This document shows positions 1-8,660 of a stretch of 64,000 nucleotides of DNA, piece by piece. The translations under genes and the position numbers were made by a program. The DNA comes from an uncultured Alphaproteobacteria bacterium. GTDB lineage: Bacteria > Pseudomonadota > Alphaproteobacteria > HIMB59 > GCA-002718135. A model generated the notes under the pieces. That model was not told where the DNA came from, did not search any database, and saw only the letters and a program-made list of their open reading frames with translations. The stretch lies in contig CABXJB010000001.1 of assembly GCA_902512415.1 (NCBI GenBank), positions 4,384 through 68,383 on the forward strand. The letters run 5' to 3'. The first letter of the stretch is position 1. Each line of letters opens with the position of its first letter.

Positions 1-213
1 ATTTTGCATCATAATACAAGGAAGTTTATTACCCAAGTAAGCGCCTGCACAAATACCCATCCCTTCTTCTTCTCTTGGAATTGCAGAATAATAAATATCT
101 TTATCATTCTCTAAAATCGTAATCATATTTGCCAAAAGCTTACAAGGCACACTTAAGAAAAAGTCTGCACCCCCAGATTTTAGATTAGTAATTATTTTTT
201 GGCTAATTTTCAT
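1..213 (-). CDS. TPP-dependent decarboxylase, N-terminal part only (sulfopyruvate/phosphonopyruvate decarboxylase alpha-type); gene runs off the window start
   Basis: Own reverse-strand translation from ATG at 213-211: MKISQKIITNLKSGGADFFLSVPCKLL...IPREEEGMGICAGAYLGNKLPCIMMQN. The REEEG-GI-AGAYL-G motif is typical of ComD/Ppd-type TPP enzyme N-domains. Confidence 0.55.
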   Translation of the reverse strand, partial: MKISQKIITNLKSGGADFFLSVPCKLLANMITILENDKDIYYSAIPREEEGMGICAGAYLGNKLPCIMMQN

Positions 214-262
214 AGATTTTGATTAATAATATAAAGAAACAATAAAACAAGATTTTATTTTT

Positions 263-1312
263 TTAAAAATCATTACGTAATTTAATTTTTATCTTTGATA
301 AATAATTTTTATTTTTTATCAATATTGGAGAAGGGAAATTATTATTGTTAATAGCATCTGGATAATGTTGAGGCTCTAAACACATCCCATATTGCAATCC
401 ATAAGACTTATTATGCTTCCCTATATATCTATCCAACATCATATTACCGGTATAAAACTGAATGCCATGTTGGTTTGTAAGATAATCAACTCCTAAACCA
501 GTTTTTTTACTATAAATTCTTGCCACTACATCTGTCATTGACTGATCTTCAAGAATATAGTTATGATCAATTCCTCCTGATTTGAGAAAATCTTCATTAA
601 TTAAAAAATCTTTTTGTAAATCAAATTTTGTTCCCTGAACCTCTAAAATTTTACCAGTAGGAATAGATTGTTTATCTGTTTCACAAATCGATGCAGAATT
701 AATATAAACAATATGATCTTCATTATTTTGATAATTATTTCCGTGTCCATGAAAATTCCAATAGTTGTGATTGGTCATATTAACTATTGTATCTTGATCT
801 GAAATTGCTTGGAAATCTATTAATAGCTCGTTATTATTGTTTAATTCGTATGTAACCGTACAATCAAGATTGCCTGGATAGTTTTCTTCCATAGCATATG
901 AGAGATATTTCATTACACACTTTATAGAATGTTTGGTTTCTTCAGTATTTTCTATTTTCCAAATTTTTTTATTAAAACCAACCTTCCCACCATGTAAATG
1001 ATCAGGGGGGGTATTGGGATATAATTGATATTCCTTATTATCAATTTTGAACTTTGAAGAACCGATTCTGTTAGCAACTCTACCCACAATAGAATTAAAA
1101 TAACCGTGTGATTCTAATACTCCTTCTATATTCCCGTAACCTAAAAGTACATCCTCTGTTTTATCTTCTTGATTGCTAATAGGAATATTAACTTCATGAA
1201 TGTACCCACCATAGGTATAAAATTTAAAGCTAAAATTATTATCATTATGTATTTCAACTGATTCAATATTTAGATGGGAAGGATTATCTACTTTTTCTAT
1301 CTTAACTTTCAT
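263..1312 (-). CDS. galM: aldose 1-epimerase (galactose mutarotase family)
   Basis: 349-aa ORF with mutarotase motifs in the translation (VANRIG, HLHGGKVGFNKKIW, HNYWNF, LEPQHYPDA). Confidence 0.85.
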   Translation of the reverse strand: MKVKIEKVDNPSHLNIESVEIHNDNNFSFKFYTYGGYIHEVNIPISNQEDKTEDVLLGYGNIEGVLESHGYFNSIVGRVANRIGSSKFKIDNKEYQLYPNTPPDHLHGGKVGFNKKIWKIENTEETKHSIKCVMKYLSYAMEENYPGNLDCTVTYELNNNNELLIDFQAISDQDTIVNMTNHNYWNFHGHGNNYQNNEDHIVYINSASICETDKQSIPTGKILEVQGTKFDLQKDFLINEDFLKSGGIDHNYILEDQSMTDVVARIYSKKTGLGVDYLTNQHGIQFYTGNMMLDRYIGKHNKSYGLQYGMCLEPQHYPDAINNNNFPSPILIKNKNYLSKIKIKLRNDF

Positions 1313-2229
1313 TATGCCTTTCTATCTCTTGTTTTTATATAATTTGTTTGACGTAAATATATGATTATTCCTCCAGCGACTATAAATAAAGCACCAGGGA
1401 ACAATTGATCAACTGGCCATTCTTTAAAGAATACCCAGCCTAAAATTAAAGCAAAAAATATTTCAATATAATCAAAGGGCATAATTTTACTAAGTTCTGC
1501 TTTTCTAGAACCATAAATTAATAATAAAACACCTGAACCACCTGCTAAACCCATTATCAACAATATAAGCAAATCATATAAACTTTTGAAATTTTCCCAC
1601 ATATTAAATGTAATAACTAAAAGTATTGCACAGATTAAAGTTCCAATATTAGCGTAAAGATTTATTAATGGCACAGGGGTATCATTTGAAAAATTTAAAG
1701 CTGTTACTCTAGCAAGAGAGTAACCAAAAGCAGCCATTACAGGAAGTAACATATAAAAATTAAAGCTTTCAGACCAAGGTTGCATAATAAATATTATACC
1801 TACAAAACCTGTTAATACGGCTAATGATTTATACCATCCAAATCTTTCACCAAGTAATGGTATTGCTAATAATGTAATCATCATTGGTCCTGTGTACTCC
1901 ATTGTTGCAACCAAAGCATAAGGTAAATAAAGATAAGAGGTATATAAACATAGTTGGGCAAAAGACATAATTAGTCCCCTTGCTAAACCGAAACGCCATC
2001 TTTTTATTACTAATTTTTTTCCACTAGCATGCCAACCTTGTGAAAAATATAATGCAATAAAACATGGTATCATTCCAAACAGATTTCTAAAAACTGATAA
2101 TTGTGCAGCTGGATAATCATCTCTAAGGTATTTTATCGCAATACCCATACAGTCTAATAAAAATAATCCTGATAAGGAAAGGGCAACCGCTAAAAATAAA
2201 TTATTTTTCACCCACAATTCACACAACAT
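1312..2229 (-). CDS. DMT/EamA-family membrane transporter
   Basis: Polytopic hydrophobic protein with two EamA-like halves. Start is ambiguous: ATG 2229 lies inside the tail of the upstream ATPase gene, while GTG 2211 gives a GTGA stop/start overlap. Confidence 0.75.
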   Translation of the reverse strand: MLCELWVKNNLFLAVALSLSGLFLLDCMGIAIKYLRDDYPAAQLSVFRNLFGMIPCFIALYFSQGWHASGKKLVIKRWRFGLARGLIMSFAQLCLYTSYLYLPYALVATMEYTGPMMITLLAIPLLGERFGWYKSLAVLTGFVGIIFIMQPWSESFNFYMLLPVMAAFGYSLARVTALNFSNDTPVPLINLYANIGTLICAILLVITFNMWENFKSLYDLLILLIMGLAGGSGVLLLIYGSRKAELSKIMPFDYIEIFFALILGWVFFKEWPVDQLFPGALFIVAGGIIIYLRQTNYIKTRDRKA

Positions 2230-3200
2230 TGATCAACCCAGTGATTGGGTGAAACTTCTATCAAGCCCATTTCTATATGTCCTTCCTTACAATCATGTGT
2301 AGGGTTAGGACATCTTGTTCTAAATACACACCCTGAAGGAGGATTCATTGCGCTTGGTATTTCTCCTTGAAGCTCAATTGCTTTAGATTTTTTTTCAGGA
2401 TCAATTGATGGAATAGAAGATAATAATGCTTTCGTATAAGAGTGTCTCGGATTACTAAACAACTCTCTTGATGGTGCCATTTCAACAATATGTCCAAGAT
2501 ACATTACCGCTACTATATCACATACATGAGCAACAACACTTAAGTCGTGACTTATAAATAAATATGTTAAATTCAATTCTTGTTGAAGTTGTTTTAAAAG
2601 ATTTAAAATATCTGCTTGTATCGAAACATCTAACGCAGCAACACTTTCATCAGCAACAATAAATTTTGGATTACTTACCAAAGCCCTTGCAATAGAAATA
2701 CGTTGACGCTGTCCACCAGAAAAAGCGTGAGGAAATCTTCTTAAATGTTCAAGATTTAATCGGCATTTTGCAGCAATATCTCGCACTCTTGCATCAGTTT
2801 CCTCTCTAGAATTCGTTATTCTCATTACCTCTAATGGTTCAGCAATTATATCTCTTACCGTCATTCGAGGACTAAGTGCAGCATATGGATCTTGAAAGAT
2901 AAGTTGTGCTTTTTTTCTATACTCTTTCATTTCTTTAGCTGTAATTGATGTTAAGTCAAAATCTCTTTCATCATCATGAAAAATTACATTACCTTCACTA
3001 ACCTTATTCGCGCCTAAGATTGCTCTCCCAAGTGTAGTTTTACCTGATCCAGATTCACCAACCAAACCAAAAAAGGATCCTTTTTTAATTTTGAAATTAA
3101 TATTGTTAACGGCTTTTATTTTTTGTTTTTTTGATAAAAAATTTTCTTGATAATCAAAGGATACAGATAAATTATTTACTGATAGAATATTTTCACTCAT
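2208..3200 (-). CDS. oligopeptide/dipeptide-type ABC transporter ATP-binding protein (OppF/DppF-like) with Cys-rich C-terminal tail
   Basis: Walker A GESGSGKTT, signature FSGGQRQR, Walker B FIVADES. I prefer ATG 3200 (MSENILSV); the 8 codons upstream (MLCELWLS) are read-through of the repeated tail of the neighbouring gene. Confidence 0.9.
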   Translation of the reverse strand: MSENILSVNNLSVSFDYQENFLSKKQKIKAVNNINFKIKKGSFFGLVGESGSGKTTLGRAILGANKVSEGNVIFHDDERDFDLTSITAKEMKEYRKKAQLIFQDPYAALSPRMTVRDIIAEPLEVMRITNSREETDARVRDIAAKCRLNLEHLRRFPHAFSGGQRQRISIARALVSNPKFIVADESVAALDVSIQADILNLLKQLQQELNLTYLFISHDLSVVAHVCDIVAVMYLGHIVEMAPSRELFSNPRHSYTKALLSSIPSIDPEKKSKAIELQGEIPSAMNPPSGCVFRTRCPNPTHDCKEGHIEMGLIEVSPNHWVDQCCVNCG

Positions 3201-3202
3201 AC

Positions 3203-4183
3203 TTAACCACAATTCACACAACATTGATCAACCCAGTGACCTGGACTAACTTCTATTAAACCCATTTCAATACTTCCTTCTTTACACTCATGGGTAGGAT
3301 CTGGGCATCTTGTTCTAAACACACAACCTGTTGGTCTATCCAGAGGACTTGGAATATTACCTGGTATAGGTTTTAATGGTGCATCAAGATTATTAATATC
3401 AGGCAGTGCATTTAATAAACCCCTTGTGTAAGGATGTTTCGGATTTTTTAGAATGTCATTGACTGGACCTCTCTCAACAACACTTCCAAGATACATAACT
3501 GCTACATCATCTGCTACTTGCGCAATAACACCAAGATCATGAGTGATGAATATAACACCCATATTGAATTCTTTAATAATATCTTTCATTAGGTTAATTA
3601 CCTGTGCCTGAATGGTAACATCAAGAGCAGTTGTTGGTTCATCTGCTAATAATAATTTTGGCATAGTAGATAATGCCATAGCTATCATCGCACGTTGTCT
3701 CATGCCCCCAGATAATTCAAAAGCATACTGATTAAATCTCTTTTCAGCATCAGCTATACCAACCCTTATTAACATATCTATTGATATATTTTTAGCCTCT
3801 CCTTTGCCCATAGTTTTATGAAGCATTAATTGTTCAACCATTTGATGACCTATTTTAATTGCTGGCGCAAAACTTGCCATAGGTTCTTGAAAAATCATTG
3901 ATACTTTGCCTCCCCTGATTTTTTTTAAATCATTTTTAGAAGTAAATTTTATAACATTTTCATCATCAATTATTATTTCTGCATTTTCATTATAAATTGT
4001 ATTTCCTGGGTTTAGCTGCATTATAGATTTTGCTGTAACTGACTTACCAGATCCTGACTCACCTACAATTCCCAAAACCTTTCCTTGATCCAATGTAAGG
4101 GAAACATTCTCTATTGCTGTAATACGTCCTTCATCAGTATCAAACTTAACATCTAAATTATTTATTTCTAATAAATGACTCAT
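3203..4183 (-). CDS. oligopeptide/dipeptide-type ABC transporter ATP-binding protein (OppD/DppD-like) with Cys-rich C-terminal tail
   Basis: Walker A GESGSGKSV, signature LSGGMRQR, Walker B LLLADEPTTALD; C-terminal oligopeptide-ABC domain. Confidence 0.9.
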   Translation of the reverse strand: MSHLLEINNLDVKFDTDEGRITAIENVSLTLDQGKVLGIVGESGSGKSVTAKSIMQLNPGNTIYNENAEIIIDDENVIKFTSKNDLKKIRGGKVSMIFQEPMASFAPAIKIGHQMVEQLMLHKTMGKGEAKNISIDMLIRVGIADAEKRFNQYAFELSGGMRQRAMIAMALSTMPKLLLADEPTTALDVTIQAQVINLMKDIIKEFNMGVIFITHDLGVIAQVADDVAVMYLGSVVERGPVNDILKNPKHPYTRGLLNALPDINNLDAPLKPIPGNIPSPLDRPTGCVFRTRCPDPTHECKEGSIEMGLIEVSPGHWVDQCCVNCG

Positions 4184-4185
4184 AA

Positions 4186-5346
4186 TTATTTAGTTTTGTG
4201 TGGATCTGCAGCATCTCGAAGACCATCTCCGACATAAACAAAGGTTAAGATTAAAACAACTAAGAAAAACACCGGTATAAAATACCATTGATAGTTTAAC
4301 AAAACATCTGCTTTAGTAGCATTTTGTAAAAGTACACCTAAGGAATTTACAGGTTCTCTTAGTCCTAAGCCAATAAAACTAAGTGCTGTTTCTGATAACA
4401 ACATGTAAGGAAAACTTATAACGAGATCAACAATGATATAACTTGTAAAGCTAGGTAAGAGATGGCGAGCAATAATATGTGTAGATGAGGCTCCGCATAA
4501 TTGAGCAGCCAATATATATTCTTGACTTCTCTCACTGAGTAAATGAGTACGTACACGGCGTGCCAATGTCGGCCAAGAAATTAACCCTAATAAACATGAT
4601 ATAAAGAAAAACCTTAGTTCGGAGCTCCATTCAAGTGGAGCAAAAGCTGCCAAACACATAAACAAAGGAATTGGAGGAACCGTCCGAATTGCATCGGTAA
4701 ACATTTGCAACAAACTATCAATCCAACCTCCGTAATATCCAGATATTCCTCCTATAATTAGAGATAAAACAAAGGAAATAAAGACTCCTAATGTACCTAC
4801 AGCAAGTGAAATATAAATTGCACTTAAGGTTCTACTAAATAAATCTTTTCCTGCCTTATCTGTTCCAAATATATGAATACCGCCTTCATCAACACCAAAT
4901 AAATGAGTTTCAAATGCTATGCCTGGAATTTTAAAATCTAATGCCTTTCCTGGAAGATTAATACTATAATTGAAAAATTTATATTCCCAACCTTTAACAA
5001 AAAAATAAACATAGCGTCTCTTTTCCGTATCAGTTTTGTAAACCCACCTAAAATTTGTATCAGCCCCTCTATACTTTGTTAAGGTATGAAGAAAGGGTCT
5101 AGGTGAAAAACCATTTTCGTCCCAAAATATTGGAATTTGAGGGGCCCCATTTTCATAATCTTTATCACGACCAGCAATTGTTGGGTCATAGGGAGAAAGA
5201 AAACCGGAAAAAAGACTGCAAACTATCATAAATAATAAAATAGAGCCTGCAATCATTGCGGATTTGTTACCAAAGAAACGAGTTCTCACTAACTGCATTT
5301 GAGTAGCGGTATAATATGCTTCTTTTTTCTTAGAGCTAATTTCCAC
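4186..5346 (-). CDS. ABC transporter permease (OppC/DppC-like)
   Basis: 386 aa with an N-terminal TM, a large loop and a binding-protein-dependent transporter core; sits between the ATPase and second permease genes. Confidence 0.85.
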   Translation of the reverse strand: MEISSKKKEAYYTATQMQLVRTRFFGNKSAMIAGSILLFMIVCSLFSGFLSPYDPTIAGRDKDYENGAPQIPIFWDENGFSPRPFLHTLTKYRGADTNFRWVYKTDTEKRRYVYFFVKGWEYKFFNYSINLPGKALDFKIPGIAFETHLFGVDEGGIHIFGTDKAGKDLFSRTLSAIYISLAVGTLGVFISFVLSLIIGGISGYYGGWIDSLLQMFTDAIRTVPPIPLFMCLAAFAPLEWSSELRFFFISCLLGLISWPTLARRVRTHLLSERSQEYILAAQLCGASSTHIIARHLLPSFTSYIIVDLVISFPYMLLSETALSFIGLGLREPVNSLGVLLQNATKADVLLNYQWYFIPVFFLVVLILTFVYVGDGLRDAADPHKTK

Positions 5347-6349
5347 CCATTACCCCTTTTCTGATTCTAGGATCCATTATTGCTAAAATAATATCAGTTA
5401 CAAAATTTACAAAAACTATAGTTGCTGTCAGTAAAAAAATAATTGCACCAGCTAATTGTTGATCATTTGATCTAGCTAAAGCTTCTATCAACAACGCTCC
5501 TGCTTCAGTTAAAATCAAAATTAATGCAACAATTGGCAAAGCACTAAATATTCGATTTAAATCAAAACCTATTGAATTAATTACTGGTCCAAGAGAATGT
5601 TTGGCGGGATATCTCCACAACAAACTCATACCTGATATACCTCTTGCTCTTGCGGCCATAACATACAATTTATCATTTTCATCAAGCATTAAAGCCCTGA
5701 CTGTTTGCAAAGCAAAAGCAGTAGCGTTCCAACCTAATACAAAAATAGGTAACCAAGCTCTACTTAAAAAATCTCTAACTCTGGCCATAGACCACGGAAC
5801 ATTCTCATATTCCTGAGAAAACAAACCTGTCATTGTATCTCCAAAATATACTGTCATAAAAAGCATAATACATAGTGCCACTAAAAAATTGGGAAGGGCT
5901 ATCCCTAAATAGCTTATAAATTTTAATGTCTGATCTAAAGAAACATACTTCGTCGAGGCGGAAATTATCCCAACTGGAATTGCAATCAAATAGGAAAATA
6001 TCAATGCCGTAATTGCTATTGTTAATGATAAAACAAACCTGCCACTTAATAACTCATTAATACTAATTCTTAATATGCAACTATCTCCAAAATCTTGTCT
6101 GACAACAATATCTGATACCCATTTTCCATACCTATAAAGAAATGGTTTATCTAAACCTAATTTTTTTTTCTCAGCAACAATTTCCTCATAGGTTATTTGG
6201 GAGCCTTGAGTATTTTTAAATGCAAGGTAACGTTCAGCACAAGTACCTGGAACTAGCTCCATTAATGAAAAAACAATAAAACAAACTATGAGTAATGTAA
6301 CAATAGCTAAAAAAGCTCTAGTCAATGTGAATTGTATAAAATTAATCAT
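5336..6349 (-). CDS. ABC transporter permease (OppB/DppB-like)
   Basis: 337 aa polytopic membrane protein ending in the DPRIR motif typical of OppB/DppB permeases; overlaps the next gene by 11 nt. Confidence 0.85.
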   Translation of the reverse strand: MINFIQFTLTRAFLAIVTLLIVCFIVFSLMELVPGTCAERYLAFKNTQGSQITYEEIVAEKKKLGLDKPFLYRYGKWVSDIVVRQDFGDSCILRISINELLSGRFVLSLTIAITALIFSYLIAIPVGIISASTKYVSLDQTLKFISYLGIALPNFLVALCIMLFMTVYFGDTMTGLFSQEYENVPWSMARVRDFLSRAWLPIFVLGWNATAFALQTVRALMLDENDKLYVMAARARGISGMSLLWRYPAKHSLGPVINSIGFDLNRIFSALPIVALILILTEAGALLIEALARSNDQQLAGAIIFLLTATIVFVNFVTDIILAIMDPRIRKGVMGGN

Positions 6350-6383
6350 ATTTGATTTCTCTTAATTGCTAGTTAAGAATAAT

Positions 6384-6420
6384 TAAAAAAAGAAAAGCGG
6401 CAATACAAAATTGCCGCTTT
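6384..6420 (-). terminator. intra-operon hairpin (partial terminator/attenuator) between the SBP gene and the permease genes
   Basis: Stem aaagcggcaa (6394-6403) / ttgccgcttt (6411-6420) with a 7-nt loop. On the minus strand it is followed by a U-run (the plus-strand A-run at 6384-6393). Confidence 0.55.
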
Positions 6421-6442
6421 TAAAGATATTTATTTACTTATC

Positions 6443-8491
6443 TTATTCGTCTAACCACCATTGTGTTGGTAGATATGGATAAGTTCTGTAATACTCATAT
6501 GAAGTTGTTTTAAATTGAGCAAAGTTCTTCAATGCATTTCTATGATATGTTGGGAAAGGTGCTTTTACAGTACCTAACAACAAACTTTGTTCTGTTATCA
6601 TAGTTGTCATTTTTTTACCCCATTCAGCTGATTCAGGTGTTCCTAAAGCATATGATTGGAATTGATCGATTGCATCACTTAACTCATAAACCCATGCTGG
6701 TGGTTCTACACCATCAGAGCCTCCACTATCAATATAAGCTGCCCATAACATTCCTTGAGTATGACTAAAGTAGTTACCAAAAGGCGGTTTAAAGTTTTCA
6801 GGATTACCTGCAACAATCGCCAATGGATGTCCTTTGTCCCATGCATGTACATCAAGAGCATTTGATGATTGAGAACCACGATATTCATCAGGTGTCACTT
6901 CTTTAAATGCAGTTTTAATACCAACATCATTCCAATGACGTGCAACCAATTCTACCTCAACACCACCTATACCTTGCGTAGCATAATCAATATTCATAGC
7001 AAAAGGAGCTCCACTTGGAAGTTCTCTAAAGCCATCTCCATCAGTATCTGCTAAACCAATTTCATCAAGAAGAGCATTTGCTGCATCTGGATCATATTGA
7101 GTCATATAGTTTCTCATATCATCAGAAACAAAGTCAGGAGCAGGTGAAATACCTGTATACTGTTCTACAGTACCCATACCATAATAAGCTACATCATTGA
7201 TCTCATCTCTGTTCATAGCCATAGACATTGCTTGACGGAAACGAATATCACCATACACAGATCTTTTTTCCATATCTGGATGAGTTACGTTAAAGCTAAA
7301 TAACGCCGCGCCACAACCTGGATTAATTTGAATACTATATCCACCCTTTTCTGCTCCATCTAATAATTGCGGTGCAGATTCAAGTTGAACTGACTGAGAT
7401 TTATAATCAACTTCACCATTAACAAGTTTTAATAGTCTGATCTCATTTTCATTGATGTATCTTTCATTTTGATAATCAATATAAGGTAATTGATTTCCAG
7501 CTGTATCAACTTGGAAGAAGTATGGATTAGCTGCATATACTCTTCCTTCAGTCGTATCTTCAATTGTCATATACGCTTCTAAAGAAGGGTAAGCTGCATA
7601 TTCTAAACCAGCAACTAAATCAGGATTTCTCAACATAGGTGTTGGAGTATCTGTCCAACCTGAGTTACCATAATAAGCTGCTAAAGCATCCCATCCATTT
7701 TCAAATCCAAGTGCTTGCGCATTTGCATCAGCATTTGAATCTATTTCAGGATGAAACTGCTCTAAGAAGTGAGCAGGCATAAATGCTTGGTTATATGATG
7801 TTGCAAGTGTAGCTAAAACTCCAGGCATTGGAGATGGTAGATTAAACCTTGCAGTAACATCATCCAGAACATCAACTGTCATTGGTTTTCCACCAACAAG
7901 AAGATAGCCATAAGGCTTTTCTCTGATATTAGCATTCATCATTAAATCTTCATACCAAAATTCAACGTCTCTTGCTGTAAATGGCTCACCATTTGACCAT
8001 CTATGACCCTTTCTAAGGGTAAAAGTCAATTCAGTGAAATCATCATTCCATGAGTAAGCTTTTGCAACATTAGGAACAATTGTAGCTAAGTCGTCAGCAA
8101 AACGAACTAAGTTTACGTGACGAGTTGATAGCATGTCAGAAGTACCTGCTTCTGTTGCATTTGATAAAAAGTTAATTGTTCCACCATAAGATCCAATTGA
8201 ATCATATGGAACAACTACTAATGGTTCATCAGGTAAACGGTCAGCAACACCTGCTAAACCTTTGTTACCTTGAATAGTAGCATTAATACTCGCAATATTT
8301 GGATTCTCAGAAAAACCCATAGTACATCCGGCTGCACTTTCATATTCTGATAATTCATATTGCTGAGGGTATTGTCCACCTTTGTGTCCATCACTCATAG
8401 TTGAGCCTGAACAAGCTCCTGCATAAGAGCTTGCACTCCACAACACAGTAGCAGATGAAAATACCAATGCTAAAAATAATTTTTTAAACAT
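6443..8491 (-). CDS. ABC transporter substrate-binding protein, family 5 (peptide/opine/nickel type), unusually long at 682 aa
   Basis: Signal peptide MFKKLFLALVFSSATVLWSASSYA; family-5 SBP-like core; first gene of the opp-like operon. Confidence 0.85.
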   Translation of the reverse strand: MFKKLFLALVFSSATVLWSASSYAGACSGSTMSDGHKGGQYPQQYELSEYESAAGCTMGFSENPNIASINATIQGNKGLAGVADRLPDEPLVVVPYDSIGSYGGTINFLSNATEAGTSDMLSTRHVNLVRFADDLATIVPNVAKAYSWNDDFTELTFTLRKGHRWSNGEPFTARDVEFWYEDLMMNANIREKPYGYLLVGGKPMTVDVLDDVTARFNLPSPMPGVLATLATSYNQAFMPAHFLEQFHPEIDSNADANAQALGFENGWDALAAYYGNSGWTDTPTPMLRNPDLVAGLEYAAYPSLEAYMTIEDTTEGRVYAANPYFFQVDTAGNQLPYIDYQNERYINENEIRLLKLVNGEVDYKSQSVQLESAPQLLDGAEKGGYSIQINPGCGAALFSFNVTHPDMEKRSVYGDIRFRQAMSMAMNRDEINDVAYYGMGTVEQYTGISPAPDFVSDDMRNYMTQYDPDAANALLDEIGLADTDGDGFRELPSGAPFAMNIDYATQGIGGVEVELVARHWNDVGIKTAFKEVTPDEYRGSQSSNALDVHAWDKGHPLAIVAGNPENFKPPFGNYFSHTQGMLWAAYIDSGGSDGVEPPAWVYELSDAIDQFQSYALGTPESAEWGKKMTTMITEQSLLLGTVKAPFPTYHRNALKNFAQFKTTSYEYYRTYPYLPTQWWLDE

Positions 8492-8517
8492 ATTATTTTC
8501 TCCTCTTTAAATTTAAA

Positions 8518-8536
8518 GTAATGACAATGTCATTAC
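8518..8536. promoter_or_regulatory. perfect 9-bp inverted repeat GTAATGACA-N1-TGTCATTAC, candidate operator
   Basis: Read directly; lies 27 bp upstream of the SBP start codon in the divergent SBP/sulfatase intergenic region. Confidence 0.3.
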
Positions 8537-8660
8537 ATGAATAGAGTCAAAATACAAAAAAATATTGAAACATTTGTTACAAATAATTGAATATATTGTG
8601 TATTAGTAAAAAAAAACAACTAGATATAGTAAGGCTTTTATATAAATATTATTAATTTTT

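Noticed and set aside
2211-3224. Identical MLCELW N-termini on two consecutive track ORFs, which looked like a shared leader peptide.
   Set aside because: This is an artefact. Both are out-of-frame read-throughs of the duplicated 33-nt tail of the two ATPase genes. The real starts are GTG 2211/ATG 2229 (ambiguous) and ATG 3200.
5601-7054. Short ORFs on the opposite strand or in alternate frames of longer genes. Examples include 5601..5816, 6706..6888 and 6869..7054, and likewise 11533..11733, 13240..13449, 16273..16470, 19879..20061, 20075..20293, 20890..21126, 21766..21984, 23035..23332, 24689..24949, 25930..26124, 28175..28577, 29709..30235, 30945..31328, 35307..36069, 38651..38842, 41094..41312, 42809..42997, 43650..43961, 44376..44991, 46075..46655, 48919..49131, 49234..49476, 50497..51309, 54435..54837, 61845..62538.
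   Set aside because: All lie inside longer ORFs that have clear family motifs. Their translations are low-complexity with no recognisable motifs, so they are shadow ORFs.
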